Assembly: GCA_043758775.1 (NCBI GenBank)
Contig: JAYVMU010000037.1
Span: 8,318 to 72,317 of the forward strand
DNA: 64,000 nucleotides
Direction of reading: 5' to 3'
Source of the DNA: Methylophilaceae bacterium
GTDB lineage: Bacteria; Pseudomonadota; Gammaproteobacteria; Burkholderiales; Methylophilaceae
Shown here: positions 39,637 through 49,245 of the stretch, piece by piece
How positions within the stretch are numbered: the stretch's first letter is position 1
How the letters are laid out: each line of letters opens with the position of its first letter
Notes under the pieces: model-generated
What the model was told of the DNA's origin: nothing
Database searches by the model: none
The model's input: the letters and a program-made list of their open reading frames with translations, nothing else
Translations under genes and position numbers: made by a program

Positions 39637-40275
39637 TTAAAAAATATAATCGCCATCAATAAAATTCACTTGTGCAGTATGTAAATCATAAATACCACCC
39701 ACTAAGCCTATTTTCTTCTGCTCTAACAGCTCACTTAAAATCTTGCTCTCAGACAACATGCGTCTAATCTGAATATCCACATTGAGCTTACAAACCTTGG
39801 CCAAAAAATCAGCATTTTCTGAATTACGATTATGTTGCACCGTCGTTTCCAAGCTAACCGCTGGCTTAATCAAACCAACAATTTCACCAATATGCCCTTC
39901 TTCAAAATTATCACAGGCCGCTGTAATTGCACCACAACCAGTATGACCAAGTACCACAATTAGCTTGCTGTCTAAATGTTTACAAGTAAATTCCAAACTG
40001 CCAATCGCTTTATTCGAGGCAATATTGCCTGCCAAACGCACACTAAAAATATCACCCAATGCCTGATCAAATATAAATTCCGTTGGCGCGCGCGAATCAC
40101 TACAACTCAACACCCCCGCAAATGGGTGTTGAGAATTTTTAGTAATAATCGCTAAATCACGGTGGTTCTTAGGTTCTGTCAAATCATTTACAAAACGATG
40201 GTTACCTTCTACAAGTATATCGAACGCTTCTCTTGGGGTCATTTTTTCGCGGTTGGCTAATGGGTGTTTGTACAT
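39637..40275 (-). CDS. beta-class carbonic anhydrase
   Basis: Zinc ligand motifs CSDSR and HTGCGAI. 212 aa. Confidence 0.85.
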   Translation of the reverse strand: MYKHPLANREKMTPREAFDILVEGNHRFVNDLTEPKNHRDLAIITKNSQHPFAGVLSCSDSRAPTEFIFDQALGDIFSVRLAGNIASNKAIGSLEFTCKHLDSKLIVVLGHTGCGAITAACDNFEEGHIGEIVGLIKPAVSLETTVQHNRNSENADFLAKVCKLNVDIQIRRMLSESKILSELLEQKKIGLVGGIYDLHTAQVNFIDGDYIF

Positions 40276-40626
40276 AAAAACGCTCTTTCATTATCTCGTT
40301 AATGCGATGTTACTTTGAAAATAAGTTATAGCATATTATGGAACATAATTTAACTTATTTAGGTTAGAAAGTTTATAAGAGTACGTTTTACAGACGCTAA
40401 TTTTCACCTGCTGCACTTACATTTCTAACTAAAAGGTAATTTAATAATGTTTAAAGTCTGGATTTGGTATAGGTAAATTAACAATCGCTATTGGACTAAT
40501 AGTAATCTAAATAATAAGCTCGTCTAACGTACTAACGAGCATCTATGACATTCTGGGAAGTCCAGTCCATGTTATCTCAGATATAATAACCTTGAAACTG
40601 CACTCCATCTCCTTGATAATGTCTGT

Positions 40627-40971
40627 ATGGAAAGTAAACTTAAAATACGTATTGCTTATGGGTCTAATACAGTTATTGGTCCAGGTAAAGCACAGTTGCT
40701 TGAAGCAATTAAGAAGCTTGGCTCTATTTCTAAGGCTGCGAATTCAATGGAAATGTCTTACCGTCGTGCATGGGAGCTTGTGAATGTAATGAATCAGAGC
40801 TTCAAAAAACCAATTGTCATTACGATGCATGGCGGCTCCCATGGTGGTGGAGCACAAATCAGCGAACTTGGTGAGCTGCTTTTACAAAGTTACCGCACGA
40901 TGGAAACTAAGATGACCAAAGCTGCTGATAGGGAACTCAGTCTTATATATTCAAAGCTTGCTGAAAACTGA
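40627..40971 (+). CDS. ModE N-terminal-domain-like winged-helix regulator (no Mop/TOBE domain)
   Basis: IGPGKAQLLEAIKKLGSISKAANSMEMSYRRAWELVNVMN resembles the ModE/COG2005 HTH. It is only 114 aa. Confidence 0.65.
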   Translation: MESKLKIRIAYGSNTVIGPGKAQLLEAIKKLGSISKAANSMEMSYRRAWELVNVMNQSFKKPIVITMHGGSHGGGAQISELGELLLQSYRTMETKMTKAADRELSLIYSKLAEN

Positions 40972-41001
40972 TTCCTATCTGACGCCGCTTTGTATTTTTG
41001 G

Positions 41002-41862
41002 TTAGAACGTTACTCGTAAAGTTGTAACTATCCCATGTTGTAAATTAACTTCTTGAGCTCCTTGTACGGTTTGATAGCCAAGTCCAACAGTTGCTTTTAC
41101 TCGCTTTTCTATTTCGAAGCGGCCAATTGTTGTCCCGTAAGTGACAACTAATTGGTTTTTTCCAGCATGCTCACCTCCGTACCAGTGTGTATAGCCAGTT
41201 TCTATTTCTGGCCAAAATTTCCATATATGACCTTGAAATGCAGTATTCCAAACCATTAGTCGGCCAAGTGTGTCTACGCCAGCAGTAGGAACAGAGATAC
41301 CTAATGTGCTTTGAATATCGAACCCGCTATCCCTATCTCCCCAGCCCTTGCCCACGGCAATTGTTGGAGTAACTATAGTGTGATGATTGGTAAATAAATC
41401 GCTACCTGTCGGTATGCTGGCACCAAGAAATGCGCTGACGATGTAGTTACCATGCTCTTCGTTAGCTGTTGCAATACGGTATTTGAGTAGCAAGCTTTCG
41501 TCACCCCAGCCAGTACCTGTAGTGCTTGTTTTCGGCGTCGACTGATCTTCATAGGCAGGAATGCCCACAATAATTTCGGTATTTTCGCTCGGAATAAATT
41601 CCAGCCCTTTGCCGCCACCATAGTTATCTAATACAACGCTTTTGGGTTTGTCAGAATGGCTATAATCGAACCTGTACTCCTGTTCTAGTCGAGGTGTCAC
41701 GGTGACCAACGGGGTCATCCAGTGTGGTTGACTCTCTTGTGTCTGACTGACATTCTCTAACCAGTTAGTAAAGAATGAATCATCGTCAGCATAGGCTAAC
41801 GGGGTAAGTATGTTCCCCAATATGAAAAGAGATGCTATAAAACTTACTTTGTGTTTAATCAT
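41002..41862 (-). CDS. outer-membrane beta-barrel protein (MetA-pathway/transporter-like, tentative)
   Basis: Signal peptide ending LAYA|DD, alternating amphipathic strands, and a C-terminal ...TTLRVTF aromatic terminus. Confidence 0.6.
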   Translation of the reverse strand: MIKHKVSFIASLFILGNILTPLAYADDDSFFTNWLENVSQTQESQPHWMTPLVTVTPRLEQEYRFDYSHSDKPKSVVLDNYGGGKGLEFIPSENTEIIVGIPAYEDQSTPKTSTTGTGWGDESLLLKYRIATANEEHGNYIVSAFLGASIPTGSDLFTNHHTIVTPTIAVGKGWGDRDSGFDIQSTLGISVPTAGVDTLGRLMVWNTAFQGHIWKFWPEIETGYTHWYGGEHAGKNQLVVTYGTTIGRFEIEKRVKATVGLGYQTVQGAQEVNLQHGIVTTLRVTF

Positions 41863-41884
41863 GATTTTTCCATGGCGGTTGCTA

Positions 41885-41918
41885 ATACACGATATTCCCG
41901 TTTGGGAATATCGTGTAT
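41885..41918. promoter_or_regulatory. perfect 15-bp inverted repeat upstream of the OMP gene
   Basis: ATACACGATATTCCC-gttt-GGGAATATCGTGTAT, 23-56 nt upstream of the OMP ATG (41862). Confidence 0.5.
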
Positions 41919-42268
41919 ATTACATCATTCTCAGAAAATATATAACACGGCAAACATTAGTTTGTTGAGATTGCTAAAGCCAAATCCGAACGGCTAATAT
42001 GCGTGCTTAACAACATTATTAAATGAAATTTATTAACTAAATGAGCTATTGAAATGGGCCTATTAATAAACGGCTCGATTAATATAATTAGAATTTATTT
42101 TATTCGCTTAACACCATCGATTGGGATATACATCATCAAATACCACTCGTAAAATTAAACACAATGCATATAATCAACAATACCGAACCACGCAAATAGA
42201 CCAAACTGCATGGTATTACCCGCTGCCAAATGCGATGTAAGCTAACGAGTCACTCAACTTTAGTTTAA

Positions 42269-42448
42269 ACCGTCGCTGACAAACTTCAATCAAGTTGGTA
42301 ACCAGAACAACTCTCTGGTTGGCTTAGGGGGTTGCATCCCACTGAAGAGCACAATCATGTTCCACACGAAACCATCTATCGCAATCCATATATACAAGTG
42401 CACGGAGTATTGAAGAAGGAGTTGATCCCAAGCTATGGACTCCGTTAA
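42269..42448 (+). pseudogene. IS30-family transposase relic (central fragment, in-frame stops, no DDE domain)
   Basis: The frame reads TVADKLQSSW*PEQLSGWLRGLHPTEEHNHVPHETIYRNPYIQVHGVLKKELIPSYGLR*. Compare IS30 InsI ...KLEMKWSPEQISGWLRR...ISPETIYKTLY. TAA at 42299-42301 replaces the Ser of WSPEQ, and stops lie at 42266 and 42446. Confidence 0.6.
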
Positions 42449-42532
42449 GTAGGCGTGAGGTCCATTAGGATTTCGTTATTAAACATTATTTAATAAATGG
42501 AAATTAAAATTCCAGCATAATACTTATTAAAT

Positions 42533-42570
42533 GTATTCAATATAAATTTCTGTATGTTTATATTGAATAC
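42533..42570. promoter_or_regulatory. perfect 14-bp inverted repeat upstream of the RND operon
   Basis: GTATTCAATATAAA-tttctgtatg-TTTATATTGAATAC, 61-98 nt upstream of the RND ATG (42631). Confidence 0.5.
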
Positions 42571-42630
42571 AAAACTTGATTTGACCATAAGTTTGATGCA
42601 ATACATTTCTATCAAAAGGAACAAATACTA

Positions 42631-45600
42631 ATGTTGTGGATTGTTCGTGTCGCTTTAAGTCGACCTTATACGTTTATTGTAATGGCGATTTTGATTCTCC
42701 TTTTAGGTCCGCTGGTTTATGTCAATATGCGTACGGATATTTTTCCTGATATTAAAGTACCCGTAGTTAGTGTGGTTTGGACCTATAACGGCTTACCTGC
42801 GAGTGAAATGTCTGACCGGATAACAACCTACTATGAAAGGCAAATGACTACAACAGTTAATGATATCGAACACATCGAGTCACAGTCATTACCTGGCGTA
42901 GCCATTGTTAAAGTATTTTTTCATCCTGGCGTTAATATTAATGGTGCCGTAAGTCAAATTACTGCGGTATCTCAGACAGTGCTTAAACGCATGCCTCCAG
43001 GCATAACCCCCCCATTAGTCTTGACATACAATGCATCAAGTGTCCCTATACTGCAATTAGCACTCTCCAGCAAAACTTTACTTGATAATCAGTTGTTTGA
43101 TATTTCAAACAACTTTATTCGCCCGCAACTGGCACAAGTTGAAGGTGCTGCGGTGCCTTCGCCATATGGTGGTAAAAATCGCCAGATCCAGGTTGATTTA
43201 GATATGGAGGCTTTACGGGCGAAAAACTTATCACCTGAAGATGTTACTAATGCAATCTCAACGCAGAATCTGATTCTTCCTTCAGGCACCGAAAAAATAG
43301 GTAAATTTGAATATAATGTTTTATTAAACGCTAGCCCTAAAGAGTTAGATGAATTAAATGATTTACCTATAAAAACAGTCGACGGTTCAACCGTTTTCCT
43401 GAGAGATGTTGCACATGTCCGAGACGGGTTCACTCCACAACAAAATCTGGTTAGAGTTGATGGCAAGCATTCTGTACTAACGACCATCCAAAAGAATGGC
43501 ACTGCATCGACGCTTGATATTATTGAGCATGTTAAAGCCTTATTACCTACGATTGAAGCTGGAGCGCCTAAAGGGCTTGTTGTTGGGTTAGTAGGAGATC
43601 AATCTCAATTTGTAAAAGCCTCAGTCGCAGGAGTCATTCGTGAGGGCATCATAGCAGCAGCTCTCACAGGGCTTATGATTCTTTTATTTCTTGGAAGTTG
43701 GAGATCAACTCTAATCATTACCATATCAATACCACTAGCAATTCTTGCATCTATCATGGCTCTTTCAGCGCTGGGGCAGACAATTAATATCATGACGCTA
43801 GGCGGCTTAGCTTTGGCAGTTGGTATATTGGTTGATGACGCAACAGTGACCATTGAAAATATTAATTGGCATCTAGAATCAGGTAAGCATGTGACAGCCT
43901 CTATCTTAGACGGAGCAAATCAAATTGTTGGGCCTGCTTTTGTTTCATTAATGTGTATTTGTATTGTATTCATACCAATGTTCTTTCTAGAAGGCGTATC
44001 AAAATATCTTTTCGTACCGCTTGCTGAAGCCGTAATATTTGCCATGATTGCCTCATTTATTCTTTCACGTACATTAGTCCCTACATTAGCCAACTATTTG
44101 TTAAAGCCTCACGCTCAGCCCACTAGCCACAACGATTTAAATGGAACCAATGACATCAGCGTAAAGCTATCAAACAATCCACTAGTCAGATTTCAGCAAC
44201 TATTTGAAAAAGGATTTAGTAAAGTTAGAGAGGTTTACAAAAACTTATTGTTACTAGCTATGGCATATCAACGTACATTTATCTTTGGTTTTCTAGCTGT
44301 AGTGTTTGTATCTTTTGCACTTGTTCCTTGGTTAGGTAGAAACTTTTTCCCATCGGTAGATGCAGGACAAATTAAACTTCATATAAGAGCGCAAACTGGC
44401 TTGAGAATTGAAGAAACTGCAAGGCTTTGTGATGAAATTGAAAAGCAGATACGCACAGAGATACCTGCTAAAGAAATTAAAAACATCATTGACAATATTG
44501 GTCTCCCAGTGAGTGGCATTAACTTAACTTACAGCAACTCCTCTCCAATTGGGCCTGCTGATGCTGATATTATTATCACACTAAATGAAAATCATCATCC
44601 AACTGGTGATTATGTAAAGCAGCTGCGAAAATCACTTAGCAATAATTTCCCTAGTGTAAATTTTGCATTTTTACCGGCTGATATTGTCAGCCAAATTCTA
44701 AACTTCGGACTTCCAGCACCTATTGATGTTCAAGTTAGAGGATTTAATCGTGCTGCAAACCAAATTTATGCTGCTGATTTAATGCGAAGGATAAAAAAGG
44801 TACCTGGAATTACTGATTTACGCATCCAACAGGTCTTTAACCAGCCTGAGTTGCATGTTAATGTCGATCGCTCATTCGCTAAGCAACTAGGATTAAGTCA
44901 AAAAGATATCGCGACTAGCTTGCTTGTATCACTGTCTGGCAGCCTACAAACAGCACCCAACTTTTGGGTAAATCCAAAAAACCATGTTTCCTATCCTCTT
45001 GTAGTCCAAGCACCGCAATATCGCTTTGAGTCCATTAGCGATCTACAAAATCTACCTCTTCCTTCTGGAAATTCATCAAGCAATCAAACCTTAGCTGGCC
45101 TTGCTACTATAACTCGCAGTCAAGGAGCCGGAGTTATTTCGCATTATGATGTTCAGCCTGCTATCGATATTTTCGCAAGCACTCAAGATAGAGATTTAGG
45201 GAGCGTATCTCATGATATCGATGACATTTTAAAAGATACCGCCAAGGATTTACCCAAAGGCTCTACCATAGTACTTCGAGGTCAGACGGAAGCAATGAAT
45301 GCTTCTTACTCTGGACTATTATTTGGCTTGCTAGGTGCAATTGTACTAATCTATTTACTAATTGTTGTTAATTTTCAGTCTTGGCTCGATCCGTTTATTA
45401 TAATTACTGCCCTGCCAGCCGCTCTGGCTGGCATTGTATGGATGCTTTTTGTCACTGGAACAACCCTTTCCGTCCCCGCCTTAATTGGCGCCATCATGTG
45501 TATGGGGGTAGCTACTGCCAATAGCATATTAGTGGTCAGCTTTGCGCTTGAACGACTTAGGGATGGTTGTAGCGGGATGACAGCGGCGATAGAGGCTGGG

Positions 45601-45867
45601 TACATTCGATTTCGCCCTGTATTAATGACTGCGCTTGCGATGATTATCGGAATGGCACCAATGGCACTAGGGTTAGGGGAAGGTGGGGAACAAAATGCAC
45701 CATTAGGTCGTGCCGTAATCGGTGGCCTTACTTTTGCAACGGTTGCCACTCTACTCTTTGTTCCTGTCATATTTAGCCTTATATATAGGCATCATAAACA
45801 ATTTGTTCCACATGGCCATCTTCATGGCAATAACTTACCGTTCTCTGGAGAAAATAATGTTGCATGA
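42631..45867 (+). CDS. RND efflux permease (AcrB/HAE-type)
   Basis: 1078 aa with 12-TM topology and two large periplasmic loops. The TM4 motif is LVDDATVTIENI. Confidence 0.9.
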   Translation: MLWIVRVALSRPYTFIVMAILILLLGPLVYVNMRTDIFPDIKVPVVSVVWTYNGLPASEMSDRITTYYERQMTTTVNDIEHIESQSLPGVAIVKVFFHPGVNINGAVSQITAVSQTVLKRMPPGITPPLVLTYNASSVPILQLALSSKTLLDNQLFDISNNFIRPQLAQVEGAAVPSPYGGKNRQIQVDLDMEALRAKNLSPEDVTNAISTQNLILPSGTEKIGKFEYNVLLNASPKELDELNDLPIKTVDGSTVFLRDVAHVRDGFTPQQNLVRVDGKHSVLTTIQKNGTASTLDIIEHVKALLPTIEAGAPKGLVVGLVGDQSQFVKASVAGVIREGIIAAALTGLMILLFLGSWRSTLIITISIPLAILASIMALSALGQTINIMTLGGLALAVGILVDDATVTIENINWHLESGKHVTASILDGANQIVGPAFVSLMCICIVFIPMFFLEGVSKYLFVPLAEAVIFAMIASFILSRTLVPTLANYLLKPHAQPTSHNDLNGTNDISVKLSNNPLVRFQQLFEKGFSKVREVYKNLLLLAMAYQRTFIFGFLAVVFVSFALVPWLGRNFFPSVDAGQIKLHIRAQTGLRIEETARLCDEIEKQIRTEIPAKEIKNIIDNIGLPVSGINLTYSNSSPIGPADADIIITLNENHHPTGDYVKQLRKSLSNNFPSVNFAFLPADIVSQILNFGLPAPIDVQVRGFNRAANQIYAADLMRRIKKVPGITDLRIQQVFNQPELHVNVDRSFAKQLGLSQKDIATSLLVSLSGSLQTAPNFWVNPKNHVSYPLVVQAPQYRFESISDLQNLPLPSGNSSSNQTLAGLATITRSQGAGVISHYDVQPAIDIFASTQDRDLGSVSHDIDDILKDTAKDLPKGSTIVLRGQTEAMNASYSGLLFGLLGAIVLIYLLIVVNFQSWLDPFIIITALPAALAGIVWMLFVTGTTLSVPALIGAIMCMGVATANSILVVSFALERLRDGCSGMTAAIEAGYIRFRPVLMTALAMIIGMAPMALGLGEGGEQNAPLGRAVIGGLTFATVATLLFVPVIFSLIYRHHKQFVPHGHLHGNNLPFSGENNVA

Positions 45868-47044
45868 ATTTAATCAGCCTAAAGCTTCCATACGTTTACG
45901 TCTGATTGGCCTAATCATTTTGTTAATCGCAATAGCTGTTGCCGTAACCGGAATAGTAAGTCGTATTAATCACGAAAAAATATTAAAACAAGTAGTAATT
46001 GAACAAGATGTTGTTCGAGTGTCAGTTTTTACTCCTCAGCTTGAAGAGTCTCAGCAATCTATCATATTACCCGGTAGTGTTTCTGCGTATACTGAGGCAC
46101 CTATTTATGCAAGAGTTGGTGGCTATCTTAAAAGTTGGTCTACCGATATTGGATCTCATGTAAAGGCAGGACAGTTACTTGGCATAATCGATACCCCTGA
46201 GATTGATCAGCAAATTCATAAAGCAGAAGCTGATCTTGCAAAAGCAGAAGCAAACTATGAGCTTGCCACTATATCGGCTAAACGATGGGAAAATCTATTA
46301 GTTAGTGATTCAGTTTCTCATCAGGATGCCGATGAGAAGGTAAGTGATGCAAAAGCTAAAAAAGCCATTGTAAATGCTCTACAAGCCGAACTGGATAGCC
46401 TACTTGCGCAACAGTCATTTAATCATATTACTGCACCATTTGATGGTGTAGTGACTGACCGTAAGACTGATATTGGAATGTTAATTAACCCAGGAAGCAA
46501 TGGTGGCCAACCATTATTTCATGTTGCTAAAATTGATAAATTACGGGTATACATTGAAGTTCCACAAAGTTTCTCGGCATTTATTAAACCAGGGCTTACA
46601 GCAGAGCTACATTTTCCAGAACACCCTACTAGAATTTATCAAGCAAAACTTGTGAGCACATCAAACTCTATTCATCAGGATTCACGTACATTAAGTGTTG
46701 AATTGTCAACTGACAATAAGTCGGGCGAAATATTGCCTGGTTCTTATACGGAGGTACATTTTACACTTCCAACCAAAGGGAGTATTTACCAATTGCCGTC
46801 GGACTCGATACTATTTCGCAAAAATGGAATGGAAGTTGCCACAGTAAACAGTGACAATAAAGTGGTTCTTAAACCAATTAAGATTGGCAGAGATTTAGGA
46901 ACCACTTTGGAGGTCTTAGCAGGTATCGGGCAATCAGACAAAATAATTGACTCCCCTCCCGACTCTTTGGCACAAGGAGATAAGGTAACTATCGTTCATA
47001 GCGCGATTACTGATACTAATAAGCAAGTGGCTGGAATAAAGTAA
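45857..47044 (+). CDS. RND periplasmic adaptor (membrane fusion protein)
   Basis: N-terminal TM anchor, lipoyl/hairpin/beta-barrel pattern (IYARVGGYLKSW...GQLLGIIDTPE, ITAPFDGVVTDR). GGAG at 45847 precedes ATG 45857 and overlaps the RND stop by 11 nt. The track start at 45722 is inside the RND gene. Confidence 0.85.
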   Translation: MLHEFNQPKASIRLRLIGLIILLIAIAVAVTGIVSRINHEKILKQVVIEQDVVRVSVFTPQLEESQQSIILPGSVSAYTEAPIYARVGGYLKSWSTDIGSHVKAGQLLGIIDTPEIDQQIHKAEADLAKAEANYELATISAKRWENLLVSDSVSHQDADEKVSDAKAKKAIVNALQAELDSLLAQQSFNHITAPFDGVVTDRKTDIGMLINPGSNGGQPLFHVAKIDKLRVYIEVPQSFSAFIKPGLTAELHFPEHPTRIYQAKLVSTSNSIHQDSRTLSVELSTDNKSGEILPGSYTEVHFTLPTKGSIYQLPSDSILFRKNGMEVATVNSDNKVVLKPIKIGRDLGTTLEVLAGIGQSDKIIDSPPDSLAQGDKVTIVHSAITDTNKQVAGIK

Positions 47045-48504
47045 TGAAAAATAAATACTTGGCTTTAATATTCGCAAATATTATTGTATTAAGTGGATGT
47101 TCATTAGCGCCAGTTTATGAAGTGCCGAAACAGGCCGTGCCTGATAACTTTAAAGAATCAGGACTATGGCAAAAAGCACATCCATCTGATCAGCTGTTAA
47201 GAGGCGACTGGTGGAAACTATTTAATGATGAAACTCTAAATTCTTTAGAGCAACGAGTCAATAGCTCAAATCAAGATTTAGCGATTGCGTTTGCCAGATA
47301 CAAAGAATCAAAAGCATATGAAGCCGAGGCGAGCTCTGAGCTGAGTCCTACGCTGTCAGGCTTTACAGACGTTACAGCTAATCGCCAATCCGACGATAGG
47401 CCATTGCGAGGTTCAAATCAGCCGAACACTTATGGGGCTAATACGATTGGATTGGCTGCGAGTTATGAGTTAGATTTATGGGATCGTGTACATAATTTAG
47501 TCACTTCAAGTAAAGCAACATTACAGGCAAGTGAAGCAGAACTAGAGTCCGTAAGGCTTGCACTACATGCGAATTTAGCTAATGATTATTTAAAGCTAAG
47601 AAGTCTAGATGCTGAAGAGAAAGTTCTTAATGATGCGATTGAGTCCTACAGACGTCAATCTACAATTATTGAAAACAGATTTAAAGGTGGTATTGCTTCA
47701 GCACAAGACTTCTCACGAGCCCAAACACAACTTGAAGAAACACAAACTAAAGTTGCCGATGTCATTGCTAGTCGCTCGCTATTAGAACATGCTATTGCAA
47801 CCTTAGTAGGCGAATCAGCATCATCCTTTTCGATTAGCCCCTCAACTGGCAATATTGAACAACCCGACATTCCTGTCAGCGTGCCTTCTACGTTATTAGA
47901 GCGTCGACCTGATATCGCTGCTGCAGAAAGGCGAGTTGCCGCAGCCAACGCTGAGATAGGCGTTGCACGATCCGCTTTTTATCCTGATATTACGCTAGGG
48001 CTAGCAGGTGGTTTCCAGAATACTGGTGGCCTTGGTCTTTTAACACTACCCAATAGCTTTTGGTCAATTGGGCCTGCAGCCTTGCTAACCTTGCTCGATG
48101 GTGGTCGACGTGATGCAGAAGTTGACCGCGCACAAGCACTCATGGATGAAGCGGCAGCAAAATACCGAGGCACTGTATTAAATGCTTTCAAAGAAGTTGA
48201 GGATAATTTAGTATTGCTACGCCAATTGCATGAAGAAAATTTGGATGAGCAGGCTGCGGTCAAGTCCGCACAGCGCACTTTGGAACTGTCCACAAACCGC
48301 TATCATGAGGGCATAGTGAGCTATTTGGAGGTCATTGATGCCGAAGAAGCTGCTCTCCGCACAAAACGCACCTCGCTCAGCATTACATCACGTTCTTTAA
48401 TAGCAAGCATAGATTTAATACGCGCGCTTGGCGGTGGATGGACTAAAAGCCCCAGCAATATAAAAACTATTGATGCATCAACTGGCTATAAAATGCATGA
48501 ATGA
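47044..48504 (+). CDS. RND outer membrane factor lipoprotein (NodT family)
   Basis: Lipobox VLSGC and two OEP repeats. TAATG overlap with the adaptor gene. Confidence 0.85.
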   Translation: MKNKYLALIFANIIVLSGCSLAPVYEVPKQAVPDNFKESGLWQKAHPSDQLLRGDWWKLFNDETLNSLEQRVNSSNQDLAIAFARYKESKAYEAEASSELSPTLSGFTDVTANRQSDDRPLRGSNQPNTYGANTIGLAASYELDLWDRVHNLVTSSKATLQASEAELESVRLALHANLANDYLKLRSLDAEEKVLNDAIESYRRQSTIIENRFKGGIASAQDFSRAQTQLEETQTKVADVIASRSLLEHAIATLVGESASSFSISPSTGNIEQPDIPVSVPSTLLERRPDIAAAERRVAAANAEIGVARSAFYPDITLGLAGGFQNTGGLGLLTLPNSFWSIGPAALLTLLDGGRRDAEVDRAQALMDEAAAKYRGTVLNAFKEVEDNLVLLRQLHEENLDEQAAVKSAQRTLELSTNRYHEGIVSYLEVIDAEEAALRTKRTSLSITSRSLIASIDLIRALGGGWTKSPSNIKTIDASTGYKMHE

Positions 48505-48573
48505 TCATTCGTATATTTAACTTCAACAAATTTGCCATGTTAATAGTTAGTGCACATTTCAAGAGAAATTTTA

Positions 48574-49245
48574 ATGATTAAAGTTTTAATAATTGAAGAT
48601 GATGAAATCACTGCGAAAGACATGATTGAGGAATTGACTGATCATGGCTTTGATGTGGAATGGGCGGCCACAGGAAAAGAAGGTCTCACTCTCGCATCAA
48701 ACAATAAATTTGATATCATCACACTTGATCGCATGTTGCCTGACAGCAATGGGCTCGAAGTTGTCGCTTCACTAAGAGCTAGTGGTATTGATGTACCAAT
48801 TTTGATGATTAGTGCGCTAAGTGATGTAGATGAAAGAATTAAAGGCTTACGTGCAGGTGGGGATGATTATCTAACCAAACCATTTGCACCAGATGAAATG
48901 GTCGCAAGAATAGAAGTATTGCTTCGCAGGCATGGCTTACAGATTAATCAAACTAAGTTAACTGTTGCAGATCTAGAATTAGATTTACTCACCAGAACTG
49001 CTTGTCGTGGTGAACTTAAAATACGCCTAGCTTCTACTGAATTTCGTTTATTAGAGTTTTTGATGCGTAACTCGTCCTCAATCGTGACTAGAACAATGTT
49101 ATTTGAGGCAGTTTGGGGTTATTCATTTGATCCTGGGACGAATGTAGTAGATGTGCATGTAACACAATTAAGAAAAAAAATTGATTTACCTGAACTGGCT
49201 CAGCTCTTTAAAACGGTTCGTGGCTCAGGTTATATTCTTGGTTAA
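48574..49245 (+). CDS. OmpR-family response regulator
   Basis: MIKVLIIEDDE, phospho-acceptor LDRMLPD, KPF, and a C-terminal winged helix (VRGSGYIL). ATG 48574 is preferred to GTG 48550. Confidence 0.9.
   Translation: MIKVLIIEDDEITAKDMIEELTDHGFDVEWAATGKEGLTLASNNKFDIITLDRMLPDSNGLEVVASLRASGIDVPILMISALSDVDERIKGLRAGGDDYLTKPFAPDEMVARIEVLLRRHGLQINQTKLTVADLELDLLTRTACRGELKIRLASTEFRLLEFLMRNSSSIVTRTMLFEAVWGYSFDPGTNVVDVHVTQLRKKIDLPELAQLFKTVRGSGYILG

Noticed and set aside
40571-40590. GTTAT-N10-ATAAC as a ModE-type operator
   Set aside because: It has only 5-bp arms in AT-rich DNA and cannot be distinguished from chance. It is mentioned only as context.
45722-45856. N-terminal extension of the adaptor ORF (track start 45722)
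   Set aside because: The extension lies entirely inside the last TM helices of the RND permease gene in another frame. GGAG plus ATG 45857 gives a normal membrane-anchored adaptor.
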